Shown: positions 16,620-30,200 of the stretch, in pieces
Layout of the letters: each line of letters begins with the position of its first letter
How positions within the stretch are numbered: the stretch's first letter is position 1
DNA from: an uncultured bacterium
GTDB taxonomy: Bacteria > Patescibacteriota > Minisyncoccia > Phycocordibacterales > GWA1-40-21
Length of the DNA: 64,000 nucleotides
Direction: 5' to 3'
Assembly (NCBI GenBank): GCA_963804975.1
Contig: CAWDSG010000002.1
Coordinates: 494,224 to 558,223, forward strand
Notes under the pieces: generated by a model
What the model was told of the DNA's origin: nothing
Databases searched by the model: none
What the model saw: the letters and a program-made list of their open reading frames with translations, nothing else
Program-made: the position numbers and the translations under genes

Positions 16620-17633
16620 CTATTTGAATTGCGAATCTACTTTATTATAGACAAATTTGGATATATCAGCTATCACGGAAGCCAGAACATCAAAATTATT
16701 TCCTCTTGTCATAACGCAAAGCAGATATGGATGATTCGGATAATAAACAATGCCGCAATCATGAAGCTGATTATCCCCAGTGGCAGAACTGGTTCTTTCG
16801 CCAAACTTATGAGAGACCTTAATACTGTCAGGCAAGCCAGCTTTCAATCCATTATCAAATTTAGCTTCATCCAACAAACGCAGAGCTTTTTCAGAATCAT
16901 CCTGATCTAAATAAGAAGCGTTGAAAAGTATCCTGAAAAAAGTGGCGTATTGCTTAACAGTAATTATAATTTGATCTTGAGGCAAATTTATACCCAAATA
17001 TTTATAAACATCATCCAATTTGGATGAATTTAAATTCAAAAGTAAAAGATTCGCAGCGTTGTTGTCAGAATCTATTATCATTTTTTCTATCAATTCATTT
17101 ACCGTATATGTAGCGCCCATAACAAGCCCATCTTCTTTAAAATACTGCGTATCTCCATCCAAGGGTTCGGTAAATTTAATTTTCTTATTCAAAATATCCG
17201 GATTTGCTTCGGATTCCTTCAGATAAGCCATCATGACCGGAACCTTGAGAAGAGATGCCGGCGTAAATTGTTCTTTTTCGTTAATTCCAAACCAAGGGCC
17301 GTTGTTCATATCCCTAAAATACACCGAAATAAAACTGGCTTTTTGATTTTTTATTTCCTGGTCTATTTCGGACTGCAACTTATCTTTAAATAAAATCAGT
17401 TCTTTAGATATTGCGCTGCCGGTATCGCATTCCAAAAGAGGATTAATATATGAGTACTGCGCATTTCCTTCCCTTGTTTCATTCGGCACATTTGGCAGCT
17501 GATTATTAAGGATGTCATTATAAATATTTACAGCGAAAAAGCCGATCAGGAAACCGGCGGCAAAAACCAAGATAAAAACAAAACCTTTTTTATTTTTTAA
17601 ATTTTTCGTCCAAATTTTCATAATTGAAAACAA
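16620..17633 (-). CDS. class A beta-lactamase-like serine hydrolase (membrane anchored)
   Basis: SLLK (SxxK) and DSDNNAANLLL (SDN loop, near-identical to class A SDNTAANLL). A KFG triad replaces the canonical KTG. Confidence 0.6.
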   Translation of the reverse strand: MFSIMKIWTKNLKNKKGFVFILVFAAGFLIGFFAVNIYNDILNNQLPNVPNETREGNAQYSYINPLLECDTGSAISKELILFKDKLQSEIDQEIKNQKASFISVYFRDMNNGPWFGINEKEQFTPASLLKVPVMMAYLKESEANPDILNKKIKFTEPLDGDTQYFKEDGLVMGATYTVNELIEKMIIDSDNNAANLLLLNLNSSKLDDVYKYLGINLPQDQIIITVKQYATFFRILFNASYLDQDDSEKALRLLDEAKFDNGLKAGLPDSIKVSHKFGERTSSATGDNQLHDCGIVYYPNHPYLLCVMTRGNNFDVLASVIADISKFVYNKVDSQFK

Positions 17634-17682
17634 AATATAATCTGTGAAATTGTACTATGAAATGCAACGATTCACAATACCA

Positions 17683-17710
17683 AAACCCCGAGGCGAGACC
17701 TCGGGATTTA
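17683..17710. repeat. GC-rich palindrome family unit (CCCGAGG-CGAGA-CCTCGGG)
   Basis: Intergenic hairpin with A-run and T-run flanks. Confidence 0.6.
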
Positions 17711-17724
17711 TTGCCGTTATGTTT

Positions 17725-18126
17725 TTATTTGGCCTTGGAGGAAGCCGAGGTTGCGGCTGCCGGCGCGATTGCGGTTTCCTGGCTACTAGTCGTGCCTAGC
17801 GGAGCAAGTTCAACAATCTTGTTCAGTTGCGGATCGTATAAAATAGCTTTTTGCGCCTTTGTATAAATAAGAACTTTGTCTCCTACTTTTGCATTGGCAA
17901 AAAACGGCTGATTTTTTAGCACCGAAAGATCCGTTACAACGGCAATAGTCGGCGTCTCATTCGTAGGGAGCACGATAAGTTTGCCTACCGTATTTACTGT
18001 GTCAGTAATTTCTTGTTGGGTCAAATTTGAGGAATTATTAATAAGATTGGAATGTAAAATCAAATAAGCATTCGCGCCAAGAGACAAAGCGAAAAGAATC
18101 CATGGAATTAATAACTTATACTTCAT
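17725..18126 (-). CDS. hypothetical secreted protein
   Basis: Signal peptide. No recognisable family. Confidence 0.45.
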   Translation of the reverse strand: MKYKLLIPWILFALSLGANAYLILHSNLINNSSNLTQQEITDTVNTVGKLIVLPTNETPTIAVVTDLSVLKNQPFFANAKVGDKVLIYTKAQKAILYDPQLNKIVELAPLGTTSSQETAIAPAAATSASSKAK

Positions 18127-18244
18127 TAAATTAACAATTTTATTGAAACCTTAATATCCTTTATTATACAGCATATATAATTTTTAGAAAAGGCATTTAT
18201 GTTGAAACTTGGAGTGAAACCCCTGGGGAGATTTAAAATTATTA

Positions 18245-21200
18245 TCAAGGCGTTGATGTTGCTGAATCCTGAACTGTAATAGCCGCGGGATTGCTTGTAA
18301 TCAAACCGCTTGAAGCGGTAATATTCGCCGTGCCTGCGCCAACCGGCGTGACTAAGCCGCTATCGTCAACCGTAGCGACCAAAACATTGTCCGATGCCCA
18401 AGTAAGAGTAGCTATTATAGAATCTCCATTTTGATCAAGAGTTTCTGCCGACAATTGCTGTGTGGTTGTTGCATCACCGACAGTCAAATTTGCCGTTGCC
18501 GGAGAAATGTTAATTGCAGTGAGAGTAGGCATTGGAGCTGAAACGGAAGCAACAGTGATGACCGAAGAATCGCTTGTAATCAAACCGCTTGAAGCGGTAA
18601 TATTCGCCGTGCCTGCGCCAACCGGCGTGACTAAGCCGCTATCGTCAACCGTAGCGACCAAAACATTGTCCGATGCCCAAGTAAGAGTAGCTATTATAGA
18701 ATCTCCATTTTGATCAAGAGTTTCTGCCGACAATTGCTGTGTGGTTGTTGCATCACCTATAGTCAAGCTGGCTGTCACTGGAGTGATATTAATGGTTGTC
18801 AGTGTTGAAGATGAATTGCCCGATGAACCGCTTCCCGATAAACCGCCTGATGGCGGGCTTGAAGATGCCGCCGGTAGCGTGTAATCCGAAGGATAGCCGA
18901 ATGTCTTCGCGTTCTTTATCGCAAATGCCGTCCAGCTGAAAGTTGTATTGTCAATCGCCGGCTTGTTCAAAATAATTGTAAAGCCAATTGTTGATTTGTT
19001 TGCGATAACATATCGGATATCGTTCGCAAAAATATCCCCGACAGCGGCGCTGTCTGCAGCAGGATTGTCGGATTTATTGAGAGAAATGGTCGCATTTACG
19101 ATCGGCTGTTCCAGATATGGATTGTCAAATTTCACATCAACCGACTCTTGGCCTTTGGCGATGACGGCAAATCCCGCCGTATCGGTATTGAAGTATGGTC
19201 TGCCGAAGAATATCGTGTCGTTCATAAAGCTGATTGCATCCGCAAGCGAGGAAACGCTGTCCACAATCAAGCCGTTGACTTTTATGCTCGGGGCGATTAT
19301 TTCAACGCCGGCGGTAATGCTATCTATTGTAAGAGTTGATGATGAAGCATTCAAGAATCTGGATAATGTATTATTTATTTCATTTATATTTGCTTCATCT
19401 GCCGAGGAACTTGCTTCAAGAGCTGTTGTTGAAGCAATAAAGTTATTATTTAAATCCTGTACACCTTTCAGGATAAGCGGAGTTAATTTGCCATAATCTA
19501 CAGACCAGGTATTTGTTGTGCCGAGAATATAAGGATCTGTACCGTTATCTCCGGCAGTAACAGCGTTTGGATAAATATTGTAAAGATCTTGGGCGATAAA
19601 GCCAGTATCCCCAGAACCATCTGAAATCCATTTGAAGTCCGCCACCTGAACTTTCATAAGATCGGCAAGCCCATAATGAGTTTCTGTTATGTCCGTTTTT
19701 AATCTTCTATCGGAACCTGTGACATACGAGATGGCAGAATTGGAACTATTTATAATAGCCCCAATTTCAGGGCCGCTGATACTTCCAAAACGAATGTAAC
19801 GAAGTCCATTGCCAGAAGCTGAATTTCGATCAATTATGATCCCCGCATCGGCTGTAGTTGATGATGCGGCAGTAGAGCTTGCAAGGATAAACAATGCGGC
19901 GCCGGCTGCTTTACTACTCGAATTCATAATTATAGCTAATCCAGTGCCTCCGGTACTAGAATTCGCGGTAATCTGGGTCGTTGTGCCAGTTGTCGCTAAA
20001 TCCGTAATCTGGAATCCGGTATTGGTATGGGCTGCGTTGAAGTTAAAGTAGACGAGGCCGTTTGTCGGAGCGCCAGTTGAACCTGTCTGCACCAGAAGAG
20101 CGGGACCTGTTTGGGAAGTGCCTGTCGTAAAGATCGCTTCACCCGAACCTGTTGTCAAACCGGTCGCATTGATGGTCAGAGCATTGCCTGTGGTAAGGGA
20201 GTTTGAGGTGATCTGGGTTGTGGTGGCAATCGTAGTTGAGATGTCGGTGATCTGGAAAGCGGCGCCACCAGCTGTTCTAGCTCCGTTGAAGTTGAAATAG
20301 ACGAGGCCGTTTGTAGGAGCGCTTGTTCCTCCGGTCTGGACCTTGAGTGAAGGGCCTGTCTGAGTGGTGTTTGTGGTGATTATTGAAAGTCCCGAGCCGG
20401 ATGTCAAAGCAGTTGCGTTGATGGTCATAGCAGTGCCTGTAGACATTGAGTTTGAAGTAATCTGGGTTGTGGTGCCGTTTGTGGAAAGATCAGTAATCTG
20501 GAATCCTGTATTTGATGTACCTGTATTGCGAGCGCTGTTGAAGTTAAAGTAGACGAGGCCGTTTGTCGGAGCGCCAGTTGAACCTGTCTGCACCAGAAGA
20601 GCGGGACCTGTTTGGGAAGTGCCTGTCGTAAAGATCGCTTCACCCGAACCTGTTGTCAAACCGGTCGCATTGATGGTCAGAGCATTGCCTGTGGTAAGGG
20701 AGTTTGAGGTGATCTGGGTTGTGGTGGCAATCGTAGTTGAGATGTCGGTGATCTGGAAAGCGGCGCCACCAGCTGTTCTAGCTCCGTTGAAGTTGAAATA
20801 GACGAGGCCGTTTGTAGGAGCGCTTGTTCCTCCGGTCTGGACCTTGAGTGAAGGGCCTGTCTGAGTGGTGTTTGTGGTGATTATTGAAAGTCCCGAGCCG
20901 GATGTCAAAGCAGTTGCGTTGATGGTCATAGCAGTGCCTGTAGACATTGAGTTTGAAGTAATCTGGGTTGTGGTGCCGTTTGTGGAAAGATCAGTAATCT
21001 GGAATCCTGTATTTGATGTACCTGTATTGCGAGCGCTGTTGAAGTTAAAGTAGACGAGGCCGTTTGTCGGAGCGCCAGTTGAACCTGTCTGCACCAGAAG
21101 AGCGGGACCTGTTTGGGAAGTGCCTGTCGTAAAGATCGCTTCACCCGAACCTGTTGTCAAACCGGTCGCATTGATGGTCAGAGCATTGCCTGTGGTAAGG

Positions 21201-24200
21201 GAGTTTGAGGTGATCTGGGTTGTGGTGGCAATCGTAGTTGAGATGTCGGTGATCTGGAAAGCGGCGCCACCAGCTGTTCTAGCTCCGTTGAAGTTGAAAT
21301 AGACGAGGCCGTTTGTCGGAGCTCCGGTTGAGCCGGTTTGGACTTGAAAGGCAGGACTGATAAGAGATGCGGATGTGCTAGCAACAGAAAGAATGCTGTT
21401 TGAAGTTGAAGTGCCAATGCCGACATTTCCGTTAAAGTAAGCGGCGTAGTTGCTGGCTGCTCCAGTCGGGGCAATAACTACCAATGAGTAGGCAATCGTT
21501 GTAGAAGCAGAAACAGTTCCGCCATTTACAAAGAGCGCAGTGCTTGTGCCGACATTTTTTATGCCTCCGCCTGAAGTGGTTGGCGCACCTGCAATGTATA
21601 CGCCAAACAGGTTAGTTTGAGTTGTGGAAGCATTGGTTGCCGCGATGGTTTGCTGACCGAAATAATTCCATGTCATGCCGGTGCCTGTTTTGCCTATTGA
21701 AGTGCTTGCATCGGTGAATGTGTACGCCTGTTCGTCGAAAAGAGCGCCCGCCGAGAGAGTGGTCGTACCTGATATTGTTTTGCCGAGTTCAAGAAGAGAG
21801 ACCGGTGTTGATGATCCGATGCCGACGTTGCCTCCCAACAGCCACGAATTTCCCGAAGCTGATATTTTATCCACATAAGCGGTTGTAACTGTAGGCACAG
21901 TGCCTGCAGTATAAACAGCCGGAGTTGATGTTGAAAGAACGAAGGTTGTAGTGGTGGTTGAAATGTAGACGTTTTCATTTCCTGCGCCGGTAGATGTGGC
22001 GAAATAAATCCTGTAGGAAGACGCTCCTGTTACAGAATATCCGGAAAGGGTGATTGAACCGGTAGTGCCTGTGGTTGTAGCTGTAACTTCTGTACTAGGC
22101 GTGGTAACTCCCACTCCGTCTGACGCGGAAATTTTGATGTAATAAACTCTAGCAGAGAGAGTGCCTCCTGTAGTTGACGAGGCGATTGTAGGTTTTGCCG
22201 GAGTGGACATATCTATAGAAATATTGTCTCCACCTGTAAGAGAAAGAGCGTTTTGCGGATTGGATGCGCCGATGCCGACATAACCTGCGTTGCTAACAGT
22301 GAATAATCTTGCCAATGACGATGAAGAAATTGTGAAGAGGTTTGCTTTTTGCAAAGTGCTTGTGCCGTAGACATCAAGAAAAGCGGCTGGCGAAGAGGTA
22401 TTGATTCCTAAGACGCCGGCGATTGAAATACCGGCCGTAAAGTTAAATAACCCATTTATATTTGTTAAGTAGATTGTCGGCTGCTGATTGGCCGGAGTGA
22501 GATATCGGATTATAATGACACCGCTGCCGCCGGAGCCGCCTGTCCCGCCATGCGAGCCGCCTCCTCCACCTCCAGTATTTGCGGTTCCATCTGATCCGTT
22601 ACTCGAGCCGTCTATCGCTCCATCCCCTCCACCGCCAGCGCCGCCAGTGCCGTATACAGTTCCTTGAGTAGAAGCGGTTCCGCCACCTCCCCCTCCGTAA
22701 TAAGCAGTGTACCCAGTGATACCGCTTGAGGTGCCAACTCCGCCATTTCCCGACTGATAAGATGTATAAGTACCACCTACGTCTCCCGCTCCTCCTCCTC
22801 CTCCAGTTTCATAAGGGTCAACTGCGCCAGCACCGTCTCCGCCGTCATAACCTTGGCCGGCAGTTCCGGCTCCTCCGGTAGGACACGAGTAACCTCCGCC
22901 GCCGCCTGATCCTCCATCGCCGGTTGTGCCTTCATAAGTGCAACCATGGCCTCCGCCGGAAGCTGTAAGGTCGTCAAAGGAAGAATCGTCGCCGTTTACG
23001 GCTGGTTCTCCGCCATCACCCACTGTTACAGTATAGGCAGTGCTTGTTGCCAAAGTTATACTTGAAGAAGCTACGGCTCCTCCGGCTCCTCCGCCTCCTC
23101 CTGGAGCTCCTCCGCCTCCTCCGCCTCCTCCGCCTGCGACAATCAAAACACTGTAGTCAGTGGTTGATGCCGGAGTGGTAAAAGTTCCGGATGATGTGAA
23201 CGTGCGGATAGTATAGGCGCCGTCGACCGTAACCGTTCCGCCAAGTCCGGCAGTAGTCGTTCCAAAAGTGATCGCTTGTGTTATATTTGCCGTTCCCGTT
23301 ATCAAAGTGTCTGAAATATTGGCTTCCGTTGAATTAGAAGTGGTTGAATTGATTGTCAAAGCGTTCAAATTTTGAGCACTTATGTCATCGCTTGAAATGA
23401 CGTTTCCCAAAACATTCAGATCGTTTGCTATATATGATGTGGATGTTCCGACTGTCTGGGTCGGATTAATCGCACCGGACAAATATAAAAGATCCAAATC
23501 CACCATAGAAACCAAGTCGGTAGTTCCGTTGCCGCCAATCATGTATCCGGATGGAGAAGAACCGGCTGGACGATACCACTTTATTCCGTTCATGCTTAAG
23601 GTTTTTATTTCCGCATCATTTTTTATAAGCGGCTGGCCTGAATTATTCACAGTAATATTGTCCATCTGCAATGAATCAATGGTCACGCCGCTTTCAATAT
23701 TAAACCAGGGTACATTCGCGCCGTTATACGCCCAGCGACTGTTTGAAATTTGCAGATTGCCGATATGAACCAATCCCGATCCTATATGGTAAGCCTGAAT
23801 CGGCTGGCCATATGTCATGCTGATATTTTCAAGAAGAACATCGTCTATTATTCCGCCTGTATAGGTAGGCGCATCCCAAGCATTCCAAAAACCGATAGTC
23901 CAATATACTGTTGTACCGTGAACATTTTTTATAGTCAGGTGCTTGATGTTGTTAGCCCCCGACAAAACAGAGATGCCATATTCGGAACCCATAAATTCAA
24001 TCCCATCGATTAAAACATCGGTAATGTCTCCCGAGTTAATAATCCAAGGAGTAGCGGAGCAATCCTGCAAGCCGTTCACTGCATCTGTGCTGTTTAAGTC
24101 AATAAGCTGGGCGCCAACCGCTCCTTTGATGTTTTTTAAGACCAAGTGAGAATTCGGACCGGTAAAATGGATGCCGTCATTGTTGGTGGACAAGCCCATA

Positions 24201-27200
24201 TACACTTCAGTATTTTCTACCGTTACATATGAAGTGTTCGTGAACATAATGGGCAGTTCAATATTGGGCTGGTCTGCGTTATAAACCCTTATTGTATCAA
24301 GAGTGACATCGCTTACTCCGTAAAATGCAACGCCGTTCACCCAGCAATCGCCTTCTGATTCGATAGGCGTTGCATCTTGATTTATTCCGTTCAAGCTCAC
24401 CTGGAAGTTAATCAGCTGTATGTTTGTGTCCTGCGCCGTTGTGGTTGAAGGATTTTCGTTCCTGATTATAGGAGCGTCGGTATGGTCAGCCCGATAAAGT
24501 CCGGTGTTCCAGCCAAGCCCTCTGATGGTGATGTCGCTAGGGACATGCAGGCTTCCCACCAGGAAAACTTTGTCAAGAATTAGTTCTCCTCCTCCTTCTG
24601 AAGCAAGCGTATCAATGGCGGATTGCAGGACTGCCGTATCATCTGTGCCGCCGCCGCTTGTAAGATTTGAGTCGCTGTGTATTCCGGATAATGTTGAGGC
24701 ATAAATTACATTTGCAGATAAACTGGAAGAAGCCGAGGAGCCGGAAGGTGTTGTTGTCGTAATGACATTACCGCTTGAATCAACCGCAAGAAATGCATTT
24801 GAAAGATTTGAAATATTTAAGTTTTGAATAGTGGAAGTGCCGATGACATATAATGCGGTGGCTGGAGTTGTTGTGCCGATGCCGACAAAACCGGATGCCG
24901 CGATATAAAGCACTGATGAGTTTGTTGAAGATGCAAAATTAGCTATGGCATTGTTGCCGGCTGTTCCATAAACTTCAAACTTTGCCAATGGCGAGGTTGT
25001 ACCGATTCCGACATTGCCAGAATAATAAATACTTGAAGCATTTGTTGTCCATTGAGAAGATCCTGTCGGTGTCGTTGTAGAAATAATTTTTCCGTTAGGA
25101 TCAACCGCTAAAAATGTGCTTGCAAGTCCGTTGCCAAGGGTAAGCTGTGTGATTGAGGTCGTTGCTAAAGTACTCGTACCTGAAACTGTGAAGGTGTTTG
25201 CTCCAAGGTTCACGTTTGTCGTCGCTCCGGTGTAAGGGACATAGGTTGCGGTGACAAAGGAAGTTGATGCGAAGGTGCTTGATGCATATGCATACGATGG
25301 GAAGTTGTTCACTACGAATGAAGTTGATGCGAAAGTGGAACTCGCATAAGCGAAACTTGGGAATGTGGAAGTGATCCAGGAAGTTGATGCGAATGTTCCA
25401 AGGACCCATGTGGTCGAAGCGTATGTCGATGAAGCGGTGGCGGAAGAGAGAAACTGCGAAGTGGAATTGTCCGCGGTGGAAAGATCCTGGCCGGAGATGT
25501 TTGAAATGTAGTTATTCGTATTTGACCATGCAAGCGGAGAGCCGACGGTTCCAATGCCTGAGAGAGTCCCTCCCGAAGTTACGACGCCTGTGAGATAACT
25601 CATCCCTGTCCATGGAGTGCCTGTGACAAACTCTGATGTGGTGGTGGAAGTGATGTTTCCGTTTTGATCAACTGCAAGGAATGAGCTTGTAAGATTGTTG
25701 CCCAAAGTGACTTGAGAGATAGTGGTTGAGGCCATGATGTTGGTGCCGTTTGCCGTGAAGCTTTGAGTCCCAAGATTGACTGCTCCTGTCGCACCGGTGT
25801 AAGGGACATAGGTTGCGGTGACAAAGGAAGTTGATGCGAAGGTGGAAGAGGCGTACGCAAATGTCGGGAAGTTTGTTGTTACAAAACTTGTGGAAGCGAA
25901 TGTACCGAGGACCCAGGATGTTGATGCGAATGTGGAAGAGGCATAGGTGAATGTTGGATAATTGGATGTCAGATATGAAGTCGAGGCGAATGTACCGAGG
26001 ACCCAGGATGTTGATGCGAATGTGGAAGAGGCATATGCAAAGCTCGGATATGTTGAAGTCAGTGTCGTGGTGGAAACATAATCTGCTCCGAGAGCGGTGA
26101 TTGTTTCAAAAGTGTTTGTCACCCATGAAGTGGAAGCGAAGGTGCTTGATGCATATGCATACGATGGGAAGTTGTTCACTACGAATGAAGTTGATGCGAA
26201 AGTGGAACTCGCATAAGCGAAACTTGGGAATGTGGAAGTGATCCAGGAAGTTGATGCGAATGTTCCAAGGACCCATGTGGTCGAAGCGTATGTCGATGAA
26301 GCGGTGGCGGAAGAGAGAAACTGCGAAGTGGAATTGTCCGCGGTGGAAAGATCCTGGCCGGAGATGTTTGAAATGTAGTTATTCGTATTTGACCATGCAA
26401 GCGGAGAGCCGACGGTTCCAATGCCTGAGAGAGTCCCTCCCGAAGTTACGACGCCTGTGAGATAACTCATCCCTGTCCATGGAGTGCCTGTGACAAACTC
26501 TGATGTGGTGGTGGAAGTGATGTTTCCGTTTTGATCAACTGCAAGGAATGAGCTTGTAAGATTGTTGCCCAAAGTGACTTGAGAGATAGTGGTTGAGGCC
26601 ATGATGTTGGTGCCGTTTGCCGTGAAGCTTTGAGTCCCAAGATTGACTGCTCCTGTCGCACCGGTGTAAGGGACATAGGTTGCGGTGACAAAGGAAGTTG
26701 ATGCGAAGGTGGAAGAGGCGTACGCAAATGTCGGGAAGTTTGTTGTTACAAAACTTGTGGAAGCAAATGTTGAGGAAGCATAAGTGTAGGTTGGATAGTT
26801 AGCTATTGTGGCAAAAGTGTTTGTCACCCACGAAGTGGAAGCGAACGTTCCAACTATCCACGAGGTGGAAGCAAAAGTAGAGGAAGCGTAAGAATAAGGA
26901 ACATAAGTTGCTGTTACAAAACTTGTGGAAGCAAAAGTTGATGAGGCGTAAGCGAAGGTCGGATAATTTGCGGTGAGGGTTGTGGTGGAGACGTAATCTG
27001 CTCCGAGAGAAGCGATTGTCTCAAAAGTGCTGGTCACCCACGAAGTGGAAGCGAATGTTCCAACTATCCACGAGGTGGAAGCAAAAGTTGATGAGGCGTA
27101 TGCGAATGTCGGGAAGTTGTTCACTACGAATGAAGTTGATGCGAAAGTGGAGGAAGCATAATTATAATTTACATAATTAGTGAAAAGATCTGCCGTTGAA

Positions 27201-30200
27201 GTCGCTATCACATTTCCATTCATATCAACCGCAAGGAATGAATTTGAAAGATTTGAAATGTTCAGATTTTGAGTCGTTATTGTTCCCACCACATACAAAA
27301 CTGTGGCAGGCGTAGTCGTCCCAATCCCCACCTTTCCCCCATCTTTTACCGCAAATACTGTGGTTGTATTATCAACCAAATCCAATAAATCTCCTGTTCC
27401 TTTTCCTGTCACATTTAACACTGCTCCTGTTGCAGTAGCGAATCCCTGCGTTATGGAGAGAACATTTGCAGAATGAGCAATAGTTCCTCCTGTTTGTGTC
27501 ATCGTATCATTTATATCAACTACCGAACCTGTAACTGTAAGAGTTTGGCCAGCATTGTTATAATCGTAGCTTCTTGAAAAACTTGCTATATTTCCTGCCA
27601 TTGCATATGAGTTTGCTGTAAGATTTGTCGCTCCCGAAACATTTAATAATTTTCCCGATAATGCTGTCTGGCGAGAAGTCGCTCCTGTTTGAGATATAGA
27701 TAAACCAGTGCCAGAAGTCATTGCCGAACTAGGAGTAACAGTCATAATTGTTCCTGTATAATTTGTGGAAGGGCTAGATTGCACGGAAAGAGCCGTGAGA
27801 GTGTTTGATGTAGCTCCAACAACACTAAGTTGTTCAGTTGGGTTTGTTTGATTTATTCCTACGTAACCTGATGGAGCTATATACAAAGCTGAAGTTCCGC
27901 TTGAAGAAGCGAAATTTGCAATGGCGGGAGTGAAACTTGTGCCGTCTACCATTGTGGTCGTGCCGACAACAGACAAAGAAGCGCTTGGCGTGGAGCTTCC
28001 AATTCCCACCGTTCCGTTGCCAGAAACAACCATAAGAGCATTGGCAGAGGACAAAACATTTCCATTAACCTCTTTGGCTGAAATTACCAAAGTCGGATAT
28101 GTGGTGGAAGCAGATACTGGTTGTATATTGAGAGCTATTTGGTTCGCTTGGCTGTTCGCGGTTGAAACTGCATAAGCTAATCCTGAAAATGTAAGCAAAT
28201 CAGATGATTGGATTCTGTTTCCCGCTGTAGCCGCAGTTGTGTTTGTAATTAAGACAGCATTGCCAGAAGTTGTCGTTCCAATACCATTCATTGTATCGGT
28301 AATGGTGTTTGAAAAACCTCCTGTTGTCGCTCCCGTAAGAGCGCCTGTCATCGTCAAAGTTCCTCCCTGACTAAGCGTTAATCTGGTGGCATAAGCAGAA
28401 TTATTGGAGGAAGAATTAAACATAAGTTGAGGATTTGCAACTGTCGCTTGTTGAGGCACGCTTGTTATTTGCCATTCAGCTGGCTGTGAAGTGGACGCTG
28501 TCGTTCCCCAACCGTAGGATTTGAACCATATTGAAGGGCTGTATTGCTGGCTTCCTGAAGCTGCAGCTGTGTTGTTTATCAAAGACAAACCTGATGTGGT
28601 GGCAGCGGTTGCTCCAATATTTTCAGTATCCAATTCAAGCAATGACGCGGGAGAAGTCGTCCCAATCCCCACATTCCTCGTCGCATAATCATAATAAATC
28701 CCAGAATCGGTCAAAGCACCGCTTGATGTGGCGTATTGAATATATCCAGTTGTGAAAGGAGAGGTGGAAGCCAAGAAAGACAGGGTGTTTGAAAGATATG
28801 GGAGAGAGGTGGAAGCTGAAAGAGGAAGGAAAGTTGAAGTCACCCAGCTCGTGGAAGCAAAAGTGCTTGAAGCGTATGCGAATGTCGGATAGTTGGATGT
28901 CAGATATGAAGTTGATGCAAAAGTTCCAAGGACCCAGGAAGTGGAAGCGAAAGTTGATGAAGCGTAAGTAAACGTCGGGAAGTTTGTTGTTACAAAACTG
29001 GTAGAAGCGTAAGTGGAAGAAGCCATGGCAGAAGAGATAAACTGGGAGGTGGAGTTGTCGGCGGTGGAAAGATCCTGGCCGGAGATGTTTGAAATGTAGT
29101 TATTCGTATTTGACCATGCAAGCGGAGAGCCGACGGTTCCAATACCCGATAGAGTCCCTCCTGAGGTTACGACGCCTGTGAGATAACTCATCCCTGTCCA
29201 TGGAGTGCCTGTGACAAACTGGGATGTGGTGGTAGAGATGACATTACCTGAAGTATCAACCGCAATAAAACTGTTTGTAAGATTTGAAATGTTTAGTCCT
29301 TGTGTTGTGGAAGTACCAATGACCGAAAGCGCTGCGTTTGGAGTGGTAGTACCGATGCCCACAGTTCCGCTAAATGTTGATGTGGCAAACGTTGATGTCC
29401 CCAAGACCGTAAAATTGTGAGTTCCTAAATCCACATCCGCGGTCGCTCCTGAATATGGGACAAAATTTGTTGCATCAACCGTGTTTGAAGGAAGAGCAAT
29501 ATGCGAATCGGCTTCGTCTCCGTAATAAAGATCTACTGTCGGAGAAAATGGACCTGGTCCAGAAATTGTTGCATAAACCTTTGTCACTATTCTCGAAGAA
29601 GTTGAGGCCATAATATATGTGCTTGATGTTGCGAAGTACAAGCGATATTCAACTTCTGAAGTCCCAATGGCTGGTGTTACTTCTGATGTGCCGATTCTGG
29701 CTATATTCGCTCCGCTTGAATTGGCTTCCCAAATCTCTGCGTACAACGTGACAGTCTTGCCGTTTGCTACAGGTCTTGCAGCATGAATATGGAATTCATA
29801 TTGTCCTGCGGGAATAAAAGTAAGATTTGGAAAACCCGGATCTGTAATCCAGTTTTGCACAACATCGGTTCCAACCGGAAGAGTGGTGGTTGATAAAGTT
29901 GTTTTTGGAGTATAAGGAGTTGGAAGTTGTTTTTTGTATCCAGTTACATTTGATGCTGTATTTTGAAAATAATAGGTTAGGGTGCCTTGTGCCGGCAAAG
30001 TTTGCCAACTTGGCGCTGCGGAATTCACTCCATCTCCTGTCTGAGCGAGAAACTTTTGGACAGTTGTTGTGTTGCCGGAAAGAACTGTTGCCGCTCCTGA
30101 ATCTCCGCCATAAATGATATCTCCAAGAGTGGTCATTGGCTGATACGAAGAAGAAGCATATTCAAATGTCGGGAAGTTTGTTGTTACAAAACTTGTCGAT

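Noticed and set aside
19970-26760. Highly regular identical repeats that could superficially suggest a CRISPR array
   Set aside because: The periods are 501 and 867 bp with no short repeat-spacer structure. They lie in-frame inside one long ORF and encode protein repeats.
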